Assembly (NCBI GenBank): GCA_038063415.1
Contig: JBBTVD010000006.1
Coordinates: 137,948 to 201,947, forward strand
DNA length: 64,000 nt
Source of the DNA: Patescibacteria group bacterium
GTDB taxonomy: Bacteria > Patescibacteriota > Microgenomatia > Levybacterales > UBA12049
Direction of reading: 5' to 3'
Below the pieces are notes generated by a model, which did no database searches, was not told the origin of the DNA, and saw only the letters and a program-made list of their open reading frames with translations. Shown here in pieces: positions 1-9,127 of this stretch; the stretch's first letter is position 1; each line of letters opens with the position of its first letter. Made by a program: the position numbers and the translations under genes.

Positions 1-687
1 ATTGGTTAACTTACGTTTTTGCCCTACTTCCCACAGCTTTGTCGTATTGGAGTACATGGTGTGTTCTGTCGCAACCTGCCTTCCGAGTCGTCCTTCATCT
101 CGCCAAAAGGTAGGATAGCCAACAGAAAACTGATTAATATCATTATGCTGAGCCCATCCATAATCAACGATCTGCCCTAGTGCATTGGCTGGCCCTGGGG
201 TATTGGCTCCACCAACATGAGCATACAAGGGATAATTGCCATAGCCTGAAATGAGATCAAGAAAATACGTACGAGCAGAACGTACAGGCCCGACAATACC
301 TGCATCGTTACAATAATAGATATTGAGAGTTCGAGTAATTCCCCCCTCGGCAACTGCTTCAAATGTCACGTCGGAAGCATTAATTCCTGACTGAGGACGA
401 GCATCAAGATGGTTTTCAACCATGACACCAAGCGGCCGATGTTTTTCCCACCAATTACGTTGGGTCTTTGAATACTTCTCACCCGTAAGAGGACACACTT
501 CCGTTTTTGGTTCATTGGGATTAAAAAGAATTGCTTGATAGTCATTTTCAAGGTTTGTTTTCAGAGGCATATCAGATGCTACAGGTGTTGTTTGCGTAGA
601 CTTCTGCTCTAAGAAAACATTATAGGAAAGAAACGCCGCAACTGCGTAAATTATCAGGCTTAAAATGCCAATGACGAGTTTATTCAT
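1..687 (-). CDS. DUF3048 domain lipoprotein-like protein (YerB-like); its C-terminal part is cut off by the window start
   Basis: Hand translation of the minus strand from the ATG at 687: MNKLVIGILSLIIYAVAAFLSYNVFLEQKSTQTTP...NPNEPKTEVCPLTGEKYSKTQRNWWEKHRPLGVMVENHLDARPQSGINASDVTFEAVAEGGITR. The N-terminal signal/TM segment, CPLTG motif and ENHxDARPQSG...AEGGITR block are typical of DUF3048. The ORF runs off the window edge, so it is absent from the ORF track. Confidence 0.6.
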   Translation of the reverse strand, partial: MNKLVIGILSLIIYAVAAFLSYNVFLEQKSTQTTPVASDMPLKTNLENDYQAILFNPNEPKTEVCPLTGEKYSKTQRNWWEKHRPLGVMVENHLDARPQSGINASDVTFEAVAEGGITRTLNIYYCNDAGIVGPVRSARTYFLDLISGYGNYPLYAHVGGANTPGPANALGQIVDYGWAQHNDINQFSVGYPTFWRDEGRLGRQVATEHTMYSNTTKLWEVGQKRKLTN

Positions 688-707
688 AAGGCAGAACCAA
701 AAAAATG

Positions 708-1193
708 CTATTTGGTATGCTCAGCTAGACTTAAGGCTCTCTTCTCTTCATCAGAGAGTTCATGTTCGATACCCTTACCTTTTACTACCCTCTTTGCGTA
801 CCATCGCATCCCTGTTCGAGCGTAGAGCGCAGTAATGACGACACCGGTATCGTACGAATCTGCCAGTGTCAGAATGAAACTATGATCACCTCCAGTATCT
901 TTAAAAGGGTTAAATCGAAGGAGGCCTATCTTCTGAATGTGCAATCGCTCTTCTTTTTCTATTGTAGCACAGCGACTCATCAGTTCAGCAATGGCTTGTT
1001 GTGACTTAGTATTTTCCTTGATAATTTTGGTCAGCACGGTATCAAGTGTATTGCGGCTTACTCCTCCGGTAAAGAGCATATATCGAGCATGTAATCGACG
1101 GAAAGAAAACGTCAACCATCCAACCCAAACAAGCAAAATAAGTAATAGTATAAAAATAGGCGTATCCATATGAATCAAACTGTCTCCTGCCAT
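708..1193 (-). CDS. DUF4446 family protein
   Basis: 161-aa ORF with an N-terminal TM segment and an LLRFNPFKDTGGDHSFILTLAD block resembling the DUF4446 family. Confidence 0.5.
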   Translation of the reverse strand: MAGDSLIHMDTPIFILLLILLVWVGWLTFSFRRLHARYMLFTGGVSRNTLDTVLTKIIKENTKSQQAIAELMSRCATIEKEERLHIQKIGLLRFNPFKDTGGDHSFILTLADSYDTGVVITALYARTGMRWYAKRVVKGKGIEHELSDEEKRALSLAEHTK

Positions 1194-1242
1194 ATTAGCC
1201 TCTTGACAGCCTGAGTGTCAATAGTGTAATCTAGGCTCATTC

Positions 1243-1539
1243 ATGCCTAAAAAGAGAAAAACTCGCCAGCAAAAGATGCAAAGCGTTGATCGGCAAAAAA
1301 GTCCCGTTGCTCAAGCCAAACAGGATCTTTCTCCTGAGCCATATACTTACTCTCTCCCTCAAACAACGGTATCGGCAATTGGTCTAAAGACACCTTCTGT
1401 TGCCCAAAAGACTGCATCGATAACCGTTAGTGAATATGCATATCTTGGAGGTGACCTCCGCAAAACACTCCTTCTGACATTAGCAATTGTTATCTGTCAG
1501 CTATTACTGTTTTTCTTTTTACCAGGCGTTTATAAATAA
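1243..1539 (+). CDS. hypothetical protein with C-terminal hydrophobic segment
   Basis: 98-aa ORF with a Lys/Gln-rich N-terminus and a C-terminal TM-like stretch. No recognisable family. Confidence 0.3.
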   Translation: MPKKRKTRQQKMQSVDRQKSPVAQAKQDLSPEPYTYSLPQTTVSAIGLKTPSVAQKTASITVSEYAYLGGDLRKTLLLTLAIVICQLLLFFFLPGVYK

Positions 1540-1566
1540 GTAAACGTGAAGGGGGGTGATTATACT

Positions 1567-1710
1567 ATGGCATCAATGTATTGTGTAAAATGTCGCGACA
1601 AGCGAGATGTTGAAGACCCAGAACAAGTAACCATGAAAAATGGTAAACCAGCTTTGAAGGCAAAATGTCCAGTTTGTGGTACAGGAATGTACAAAATCGG
1701 ATCAAAGTAA
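1567..1710 (+). CDS. small zinc-ribbon protein (DUF5679-like), 47 aa
   Basis: Hand-found ORF MASMYCVKCRDKRDVEDPEQVTMKNGKPALKAKCPVCGTGMYKIGSK with a CxxC...CxxC arrangement. A strong RBS (GAAGGGGGGTG) lies 8 nt upstream and a rho-independent terminator follows. It falls below the ORF-track length cutoff. Confidence 0.55.
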   Translation: MASMYCVKCRDKRDVEDPEQVTMKNGKPALKAKCPVCGTGMYKIGSK

Positions 1711-1730
1711 TTTGTTTCCTAAGAAACAAT

Positions 1731-1758
1731 AAAACCCCGCATTATTGCGGGGTTTTTG
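1731..1758. terminator. rho-independent terminator hairpin (AAAACCCCGC-ATTATT-GCGGGGTTTTT), potentially bidirectional
   Basis: Perfect 6-bp GC-rich stem (1735-1740 and 1747-1752), flanked by an A-run upstream and a T-run downstream. Confidence 0.6.
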
Positions 1759-1781
1759 GTATGATGAAATAGTAGCCACGT

Positions 1782-3383
1782 ATGTTTACTTCGATCAAAC
1801 ACTTTTTTGCAGCAATTGATAAAGCACTCGCTGTCTCAGAAAAATATATTGACAAACGAATCCTTACGGGAAAATTTGTTGAGGATCTTGTAACACTTAC
1901 TGTGTTAGGCAAAAAGTATCTCAAAAAGCATTGGCCTGATTGGTGCAAAAAGATTCTGGCCGCACCTATCACCAAACTACTCATTAAGATCGCTCTTTTC
2001 AGTATAGGAATCATGAGAAAAATCCCCATCTTCGGAGAGATTGTACCGCTCAGTGCAGATGGTTTTAATCTGTGGGGAAAGTTTTTTAACCAACTTTCTT
2101 TACTTTTTCTGAGTACCTTGCTTCTCTTTTTTGGACAAGTTTTACTCCTCAATAATTCTCTTTTACTCTTTTTTATTACCCTCCCCCTTTCGCTGCTTCT
2201 GCTTCTTTTAACCATCATAACAACCTATGCTCTCTTGCAAAAAAGGGATGAAAAAAAGCCCACAAAGTCATTGGCTGAAATAAAAGAAATACTCAAACAG
2301 TCTTTTTTCTCTTTTTCATTTTTATTTTTCTATCACCTTTTTATTTTATTGAATATCTTGATACTTTTCTTTTTGTTTGCTTTCTTTTTACAAACAAGCT
2401 TTAACGAGTTTACAAGTACATGGACTTCTTCGTTTATTTTCTGGTTAAGTATTCTTTTTGTTGGCTCACTGCTTCTTTTCTGCGCAACTCTTTTTAGCTT
2501 GATAGCCTGGCAGGCATATTTTGGCGTTATTTTTGCGCAACAAAAAACTTTTTCTTCGCTTGTTCTTAGTTGGCAATTGCTCAAGAGGCATGCTTCAGTT
2601 CTTTGTTTTTTCCCTTTATGTATCGTTTTTCTTTCCATTCCTGCCGTAGAATGGGCAGGACTCCAACATACTATCTCGGGCAGCAGTTTAGGTCTTTTTC
2701 TCCTCTTTCATATTCTTCTCTTTCTGGGGTGGCTGATGCGAAGAAGATTTCTAGATACCCAGCAACCAGAAGGAATCAAGCGGCCAGCAAATATGCGAGT
2801 TTTTCATATACTTTTTGGCATTGGAGTACTCAACTATATACTGCTCACTACCACGATGGTTCAGTTTAACCCGCAGATTTCTGTTTACATTCAAGAGCTA
2901 CGAAATCAACTCCTTCTCTTACGAGTTTTTGAGACCTATACCAACAAGCAATTTGGCTATACGATCCAATATCCTACCTCATGGAGCGTCTATGAATGGG
3001 ATCAACGGAAACAATCAGTAACTCTTTATACCAACGAAACCAAAACAGAAAACGGAGGTATCTGGGTAACAATTACCGTACTGCCTGTGAAGGAAACAGA
3101 GTTTGAAAACTTGCTGTCTGAAAAACCAGGACTTATTAGCTATGATACAGGAACTAGAGACCTTGTTAGCAAAATTACTAATTTTTCTCTGCAAGAATAT
3201 CAAGGACTTGAGTATACCTACATAAAAGAGGCCAAACCTTATGCAGAATACCAAAAACACTACCTTATCAGACGTGGTGACAATGTCTATGATATCTCCC
3301 TCCGAACAAATAGCAGAGAAGTTGAGGCACAGAATAGTATGCTTTTTAGAAAGATTATCGATTCATTCAGACTCACTAACTGA
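1782..3383 (+). CDS. polytopic membrane protein with a C-terminal soluble domain (PsbP-like/DUF-type fold suspected)
   Basis: 533 aa. About 10 hydrophobic helices fill the first 380 aa. The C-terminal ~150 aa (YTNKQFGYTIQYPTSWSVYEWDQ...) is non-membrane and resembles PsbP-like beta domains. No catalytic motif recognised. Confidence 0.35.
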   Translation: MFTSIKHFFAAIDKALAVSEKYIDKRILTGKFVEDLVTLTVLGKKYLKKHWPDWCKKILAAPITKLLIKIALFSIGIMRKIPIFGEIVPLSADGFNLWGKFFNQLSLLFLSTLLLFFGQVLLLNNSLLLFFITLPLSLLLLLLTIITTYALLQKRDEKKPTKSLAEIKEILKQSFFSFSFLFFYHLFILLNILILFFLFAFFLQTSFNEFTSTWTSSFIFWLSILFVGSLLLFCATLFSLIAWQAYFGVIFAQQKTFSSLVLSWQLLKRHASVLCFFPLCIVFLSIPAVEWAGLQHTISGSSLGLFLLFHILLFLGWLMRRRFLDTQQPEGIKRPANMRVFHILFGIGVLNYILLTTTMVQFNPQISVYIQELRNQLLLLRVFETYTNKQFGYTIQYPTSWSVYEWDQRKQSVTLYTNETKTENGGIWVTITVLPVKETEFENLLSEKPGLISYDTGTRDLVSKITNFSLQEYQGLEYTYIKEAKPYAEYQKHYLIRRGDNVYDISLRTNSREVEAQNSMLFRKIIDSFRLTN

Positions 3384-4928
3384 TGGATTGTAGGGAACAA
3401 GCTTGTAGAGTGTACCTACTGCTACTGGCCACTCAGCAACGATCTCTGCACGACCAAAGCCGGCAATCTCCCATAATGAATTTCCAAGTGGCTCACAGGG
3501 TCCCTCACAGAGGACAAACAGCTGTGCTGTTGTCGTATCCCTTTTAGGATCGATAGCATCACTCTCAATGAGAACTGGGTCTTGCTTGTAATAAGAAAAA
3601 TAATAACGATAAGCATGATCAGAATTTCCACCGGAAAGCAATGCAAAGTTGAACGGTTTTCCTCCTGTTTTAGATAAAATAAACTGAGAAAGTTTTTGTA
3701 CCTGAATTTTCTGTTTGTGAGAGGGGTAGCGGAAAGGAGCATCAATAAGATTAAAAAGGAATAAGGAGAAAAACAGTACTATACTCAAAACCAAGCATAC
3801 TTTCTTTGTCCCTTTCTTTTTTCCCCAAGAAGAAAAAACAGAAAGTGCATTACCAACAAGAAGAAAAGGTAGTGGAAAAAGGATTACCATATGATAGTCC
3901 AAAATTTCTTTTTTATTAATACCAAAAAGGATAAGACTCATACTAAGCCAAAGGGATAAAAGCAAAGTAACGAGTTTATTTTTGATAAAAAGCATACCGA
4001 TGAGTGCAGCTAACCCCAGAAGAACAGCAGCCGTTAACCAAAGAAACAATGTCGTTTGTGGAAACATTGCTGAGATATCGGGCAATGGGTAATGGAAAAG
4101 TAGCCGACCAAATAAACGGAAGAATGCGTCGTATATGTGTCCAAAAAATGAACCATTGCCTTCATATGTTCCTCCTTGCAGCGTATCTCCAAAGATAAAA
4201 AGAAAGATTGCTTGCGTATTGGGGAATCCATGACGAACTTCAAAGGCAATAAAGGCGATAAATCCAATAAGAAAACCAAGAAATAACTGTGCATATTTTT
4301 TAAGATAGATTAGCAGTTGTATTTTTCGCTGTTGATACCAGAGACCGAGAGGAAGATAGACCACAACTATAGCAAAAAGAAATAACGAGAGATAATGCAG
4401 TTGGATTGCAATACCAAGCAAGAAGCCGGTTAGGATAACGTATCGATAAGATTTTACTGCCGTAATACTTTTATAGGTTGTATAGATAAGCAGCAAAGCA
4501 ACAAAGGGAAGCACATTGGGATTCCAGGAAGAGCGTGAATAATGAATTATTAAGGGAGAAACAGCATATAATGCTGCTGCCATAATCCCCGCTCTTTCAC
4601 TAAAAAAGCGTTTACCGACAAAATAGATAAGAAAAACGGTTGCTACACCGACAAGCGCAACCATCACAGCCGGCCCCACAGGATCGTACTGAAAAAGCCA
4701 AAGGAAGGGGGTAATCATATAATAATACGCTGGCCCCATGAAAAAATCTCCAGCAGAGGATCGTGGGCCAAGTAACGTGAGGTTACCTTCAAGTATTCCT
4801 TTGGCAATCAAAACATCTCGTCCTTCGTCGCCTAGAAAGGTCATATAATCCGAGATATTGTACAGCCGGAGAAAAGTTGCTAGCAGCAAAATACCAATAA
4901 GTAGGGCAAGCGATATTTTGTTTTTCAT
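3363..4928 (-). CDS. GT-C family glycosyltransferase (GT39/GT83, PMT/ArnT-like dolichyl- or polyprenyl-phosphate-sugar:protein/lipid glycosyltransferase)
   Basis: 521 aa and polytopic. It has a DE motif in the first extracytoplasmic loop (FLGDEGRDVLIAKG) and the YYYMITP...HYSRSSWNPN pattern typical of ArnT/PMT GT-C enzymes. Confidence 0.7.
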   Translation of the reverse strand: MKNKISLALLIGILLLATFLRLYNISDYMTFLGDEGRDVLIAKGILEGNLTLLGPRSSAGDFFMGPAYYYMITPFLWLFQYDPVGPAVMVALVGVATVFLIYFVGKRFFSERAGIMAAALYAVSPLIIHYSRSSWNPNVLPFVALLLIYTTYKSITAVKSYRYVILTGFLLGIAIQLHYLSLFLFAIVVVYLPLGLWYQQRKIQLLIYLKKYAQLFLGFLIGFIAFIAFEVRHGFPNTQAIFLFIFGDTLQGGTYEGNGSFFGHIYDAFFRLFGRLLFHYPLPDISAMFPQTTLFLWLTAAVLLGLAALIGMLFIKNKLVTLLLSLWLSMSLILFGINKKEILDYHMVILFPLPFLLVGNALSVFSSWGKKKGTKKVCLVLSIVLFFSLFLFNLIDAPFRYPSHKQKIQVQKLSQFILSKTGGKPFNFALLSGGNSDHAYRYYFSYYKQDPVLIESDAIDPKRDTTTAQLFVLCEGPCEPLGNSLWEIAGFGRAEIVAEWPVAVGTLYKLVPYNPSVSESE

Positions 4929-4932
4929 AATA

Positions 4933-6090
4933 CTAATTATTTTTCAAATGTTGTGTTTTCCAAATAATATAATTATAGATAAAGTAATTCATAGGAATAA
5001 TGATAAGAATAATAGTAGGCACAAGGATGATAAGTGAGGTTGGAACGTCATAGCCAAAAAGATATTGATGAGAACCTAAGAAATTTACGGCGAGATAGAC
5101 AACTCCACCTTGAGTGAAAATAGAAGCAAGAGAAGCAACATTAAACTTGATCAGACGATTAAAGAAATGGCCTTGCTCTTTGATATGTTTGGTATCACCA
5201 AATGTCCATGTGTTATTAATTAAGAAGTTAGAGAGGATAGCAACTTCCCCACCAATCATTGCTGCGATAAACTGTTCGGCACCTAGCTGGATGCTTACGG
5301 CTGTGGTAACCATTTGTAGAAAAAATCCCGTTCCTCCCGTAACAAGGAACTTAAAGAATCTCTTGTGGTCATAAATTCCAAGTCTCAGAACAACATAGAG
5401 CGATTCAAATTGATCACTCGTACTGATCTTACTTTTACCCTCTCCTCGTTCTTTAAAGACAATCGGCACTTCAACTACTTTTGCTTTTAGTTGTAAGATA
5501 TCATGGAGAATCTGCATTTTATAAGCAAAGGTATGAGACAGTAGATTATCGAGATCTATCTTACGCAGATAGCTAGACTTCGTTAATTTAAAGCCAGATG
5601 TGACATCATGAACAGTAAAATTAAACCAGACAACACGAGCCACCCAGTTTCCGACAACACTGAGAAACTTCCGATCAAATCCCCACTCTTTTGGAATGCT
5701 CCCTCCAGCGATGTATCTACTACCAATGACACAATCTGCTCCTTTATCCATTGCTGAAATAAGTCGAGGGATATCATAAGGATCGTGCTGAAAATCAGCA
5801 TCAAATTCCATAACGGCATCTGCTTGCATTTCTTTCATGGCATATTGCATACCACGGACATACGCTGCTCCCAAACCTTGTTTGGTTCCCGAAAGTAACT
5901 TAATCGTATGCCATTTGTGCATAAAAGCTTTTACCTCATCAGCCGTTCCATCAGGAGAAGTATCATCCACAATAAGCAGTGACACCTGATGGTTTTTAAT
6001 TGTTGGGAGAATTTCTTGTTGCAGAAGCGGAATCATCTTTCTGATGTTTTCCCGTTCGTTATAGGTAGGTAAAATAATAACAATCTTCAT
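4933..6090 (-). CDS. GT2 polyprenyl-phosphate glycosyltransferase (DPM1/Ppm-like) fused to a C-terminal GtrA-like membrane domain
   Basis: IILPTYNEREN...LIVDDTSPDGT...EFDADFQHDP is the DPM synthase-type GT2 signature. The C-terminal 120 aa has four TM helices of GtrA type. Confidence 0.75.
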   Translation of the reverse strand: MKIVIILPTYNERENIRKMIPLLQQEILPTIKNHQVSLLIVDDTSPDGTADEVKAFMHKWHTIKLLSGTKQGLGAAYVRGMQYAMKEMQADAVMEFDADFQHDPYDIPRLISAMDKGADCVIGSRYIAGGSIPKEWGFDRKFLSVVGNWVARVVWFNFTVHDVTSGFKLTKSSYLRKIDLDNLLSHTFAYKMQILHDILQLKAKVVEVPIVFKERGEGKSKISTSDQFESLYVVLRLGIYDHKRFFKFLVTGGTGFFLQMVTTAVSIQLGAEQFIAAMIGGEVAILSNFLINNTWTFGDTKHIKEQGHFFNRLIKFNVASLASIFTQGGVVYLAVNFLGSHQYLFGYDVPTSLIILVPTIILIIIPMNYFIYNYIIWKTQHLKNN

Positions 6091-7049
6091 GCGTTTCTAA
6101 AATAGTCTATCGTCCTTTTCAACCCTTCATCCAGACCAATCGTTGGCTCCCAATTTAAAAGCTTCTTTGCCTTTGTTATGTCCGGCTTCCGCTGTAATGG
6201 ATCATCAGCAGGCAGTTCATCAAAAAATAATTGAGAGGTTGATCCGGTCATTTTTTTAATTATTTCGGCAATTTCGACGATGGATCGTTCGTCAGGATTG
6301 CCAAGGTTCATTACCTCGCCATCGGTGCCTTCCGTCATCATTGCCCGAATAATACCTTCAATCAGATCGTCAACAAAACAGAAGCTTCTTGTTTGTTTAC
6401 CGTCACCAAATACGGTTATTGCAGCTCCAGTTAATGCCTGATTAATAAAAGATGAAACAACTCTTCCATCGTCCTTTTGCATATTTGGGCCATAGGTATT
6501 AAAGATGCGGATAATTCTTGTATCAACTCCGTATCTTCTTCTATGCCCAAAGGTCATTGCTTCACCAAATCGTTTTGCTTCATCATAGACAGATCGTGCG
6601 CCATTCGGGTTTACATTGCCAAAATAGGTCTCTGGCTGTGGGGAGATACTCGGATTGCCATACACTTCGGAAGTAGAAGCAAAAAGAAATTTAGCTTTCT
6701 TTTCCCGTGCCAGATTGAGTAAGTTATGCGTACCCACAGAACCAACTAAGAGTGTTGCAATTGGATGAGCAATGTAACTTCGGGTGCTGTATTTGTTGGG
6801 AGAAGCTGGTGAAGCAAGATGGTAAATATAGTTCACATCTTCAAATCGATCAGCAATAGCATCAAGTGGCTTAGTCACATCATGTCCAAAAAAAGCAAAT
6901 TGTGGGTTATCAAGAAAAGGAACAATGTTGTTTTTGTCCCCAGTAAGCAGATTATCAATACAAAAAACTTTTTGTCCCTCATCTAAGAGACGTTTACACA
7001 AATGTGAGCCAAGGAATCCTGCCCCACCGGTAATTAAGGATGTCACCAT
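6087..7049 (-). CDS. uxs: UDP-glucuronate decarboxylase (UDP-xylose synthase, UXS/ArnA-decarboxylase type SDR)
   Basis: TGGAGFLGSHLCKRLL Rossmann motif, YDEAKR catalytic YxxxK, and an overall UXS-like sequence (FNTYGPNM). Confidence 0.75.
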   Translation of the reverse strand: MVTSLITGGAGFLGSHLCKRLLDEGQKVFCIDNLLTGDKNNIVPFLDNPQFAFFGHDVTKPLDAIADRFEDVNYIYHLASPASPNKYSTRSYIAHPIATLLVGSVGTHNLLNLAREKKAKFLFASTSEVYGNPSISPQPETYFGNVNPNGARSVYDEAKRFGEAMTFGHRRRYGVDTRIIRIFNTYGPNMQKDDGRVVSSFINQALTGAAITVFGDGKQTRSFCFVDDLIEGIIRAMMTEGTDGEVMNLGNPDERSIVEIAEIIKKMTGSTSQLFFDELPADDPLQRKPDITKAKKLLNWEPTIGLDEGLKRTIDYFRNA

Positions 7050-7146
7050 AGCCTCTATCTTACTAAATTTGGAAGCTTTTTGGAAGAGAGAGTATTTTTG
7101 GGGATTGCAACTACTTGGTAAAATTAGTATTATAATTTCATTCTGT

Positions 7147-8151
7147 ATGGCAAAGAAAGCATTAATTATCGGCGTTTCTTCACAAGATGGATCATACCTT
7201 GCTGACCTGCTGCTGGAAAAAGGCTATGATGTCACAGGAACGATTAGAAGAACAACAAACTACTACCATCCGAATATTACTCACCTCTACGGAAAAATAG
7301 CTATTGAAGCAGCAGATCTTATCGATAGTGAAAGTATCATTAACGCAATTAAAAAAAGTACACCTGATGAAGTCTACAATATTGCAGCACAATCCGTTCC
7401 TGGTGATTGCTGGACACATCCTTTTTATACCGGTGAAGTAACTGGTCTTGGACCTGTACGAGTTGCCGAGGCAATAAGACATTTCGCTCCCAATGCGAAA
7501 TTTTATCAAGCTACTTCTCGTGAAATTTTTGGCAATATTGCATCTGAATCTGCAAATGAATCAACACTCTTTGATGCCAACAATCCCTACGGCATCGCAA
7601 AAGCGTATGCACATATGATGATACGCTCTTACCGTGAGTCTTATGGTATGTTTGCCTGTGGAGGTATTTTATTTAACCACGAAAGCCCACGTCGAGGATT
7701 ACATTTTGTTACCCGAAAAATTACTGCCGGGGTTGCTTGTATCAAAAATAAAGTTAAAAATCTGCCAATGAATGAATTAGGAGAACCTCTCATCAGTAAC
7801 GATGGCAAACTACATATGGGCGATATAACGATGAAGCGAGATTGGGGATATGCCAAAGAATATGTTGAAGCAATGTGGCTGATGCTGCAACAAGATAAAC
7901 CAAATGACTATGTTATTGGGACAAACACCACCTACTCCATTGAGGATGCCTGTCGTATTGCATTTGCACACGTAGGGCTTGATTGGAAAGACTATGTCGT
8001 CAGTAACAAAAAACTCTTCAGACCTACCGAAATCAAAGAACTCAAGGGAGATTATGCGCGTGCAAAGAAAGATTTAGGCTGGGAACCAAAAACATCATTT
8101 GAGGAGCTTATTACCATGATGGTTGATGCGGATCTTAAGCACTTTAGTTAA
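7147..8151 (+). CDS. gmd: GDP-mannose 4,6-dehydratase
   Basis: MAKKALIIGVSSQDGSYLADLLLEKGYDVTG...ATSREIFG...NPYGIAKAYAHMMIRSY...GILFNHESPRRG are classic Gmd blocks. The track ORF 6925-8151 carries an N-terminal extension across the divergent promoter region, so the ATG at 7147 was chosen. Confidence 0.85.
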   Translation: MAKKALIIGVSSQDGSYLADLLLEKGYDVTGTIRRTTNYYHPNITHLYGKIAIEAADLIDSESIINAIKKSTPDEVYNIAAQSVPGDCWTHPFYTGEVTGLGPVRVAEAIRHFAPNAKFYQATSREIFGNIASESANESTLFDANNPYGIAKAYAHMMIRSYRESYGMFACGGILFNHESPRRGLHFVTRKITAGVACIKNKVKNLPMNELGEPLISNDGKLHMGDITMKRDWGYAKEYVEAMWLMLQQDKPNDYVIGTNTTYSIEDACRIAFAHVGLDWKDYVVSNKKLFRPTEIKELKGDYARAKKDLGWEPKTSFEELITMMVDADLKHFS

Positions 8152-8170
8152 ATTAAGACGAACTCTCCAG

Positions 8171-9127
8171 TTACACTTCTTTTCTCCAGTAATCAAGAAT
8201 TGCTTTAAGGCTCTCTTCAAGTGAAATTTCAGGCTTCCAACCAGTCAGATTATGCATCTTACTTGTATCTGCACGGATTTCAGGGACATCACTTGGTCGC
8301 AATTTTGTTGCATCTACTTCAGGATGAATAGCGACCGATGATAAAGAAAGTAAGATATCAAGCACTTCTTGTATTGAATGAGAGACACCTGAACCAATAT
8401 TGTAGACCTCTCCCTCTTTACCTCTTTCGAGGAGTAGGACATATGCTCGTACCATATCGCGAACATCAGTAAAGTCTCGACGAGCCTCTAGGTTGCCAAT
8501 ATGGATGATTGGTTTTTGTTTACCTTTTTCTATATGTGCAATTTGTCTAGCGAAGTCTGAGGTGACAAATCCTGTTTTTTGACGAGGGCCAATATGGTTA
8601 AATGGCCGTACACGGATAAGTGGTAATTGATATGAAAGGTAATACTGTAGTGCTATATAATCCTGGGTTATCTTTGATACAGCATAAGGATTTACTGGAC
8701 GAAATGGCGTTGTTTCTTTTATAGGAATATCTTGCGGATCAAGTCTTCCGTACGTCTCAGCTGAACCGACAATCAGTACTCGTGTCGATACGAACGATTG
8801 CTCACGAAGGACATCAAGAAGATATATTTGTGAATCAATATTTGCATGAAGGGTTTTAATTGGATCCTCAAAACTCTGTGGGACATTTGATTGGGCAGCT
8901 AAGTGATAGACATAATCAGGATGACTCTGTGCAATGGCAACTCGAACTGCTTGTTTATCGGTAAAATCTGCTTTAATGAAATGAATGTTGTCTTTGACTG
9001 GTGAACGATCAAGACTTCCCTCAGAAGAATAGGTTCCGTAGATTTCTGCTTCACCTTTTTGCAACAAGTATTCACACAGATATCCACCAACAAAGCCAGA
9101 GGCCCCAGTAATTAATATGCTTTTCAT
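8171..9127 (-). CDS. rmd: GDP-4-dehydro-6-deoxy-D-mannose reductase (GDP-D-rhamnose synthase, Rmd-type SDR)
   Basis: ITGASGFVGGYL...SAETYG...NPYAVSK...RPFNHIGPRQKTGFVTSDFARQIA...DFTDVRD closely parallels Pseudomonas Rmd. It sits next to gmd. Confidence 0.7.
   Translation of the reverse strand: MKSILITGASGFVGGYLCEYLLQKGEAEIYGTYSSEGSLDRSPVKDNIHFIKADFTDKQAVRVAIAQSHPDYVYHLAAQSNVPQSFEDPIKTLHANIDSQIYLLDVLREQSFVSTRVLIVGSAETYGRLDPQDIPIKETTPFRPVNPYAVSKITQDYIALQYYLSYQLPLIRVRPFNHIGPRQKTGFVTSDFARQIAHIEKGKQKPIIHIGNLEARRDFTDVRDMVRAYVLLLERGKEGEVYNIGSGVSHSIQEVLDILLSLSSVAIHPEVDATKLRPSDVPEIRADTSKMHNLTGWKPEISLEESLKAILDYWRKEV

Noticed and set aside
3015-4294. Small ORFs antisense or internal to the membrane protein and GT-C genes (3015-3260, 3422-3745, 4004-4198, 4034-4294)
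   Set aside because: They overlap strongly supported genes in alternative frames.
6925-7146. N-terminal 74-codon extension of the gmd ORF in the six-frame track
   Set aside because: The extension overlaps the divergent uxs gene start and its promoter region. The Gmd homology begins exactly at MAKKALIIG (7147).
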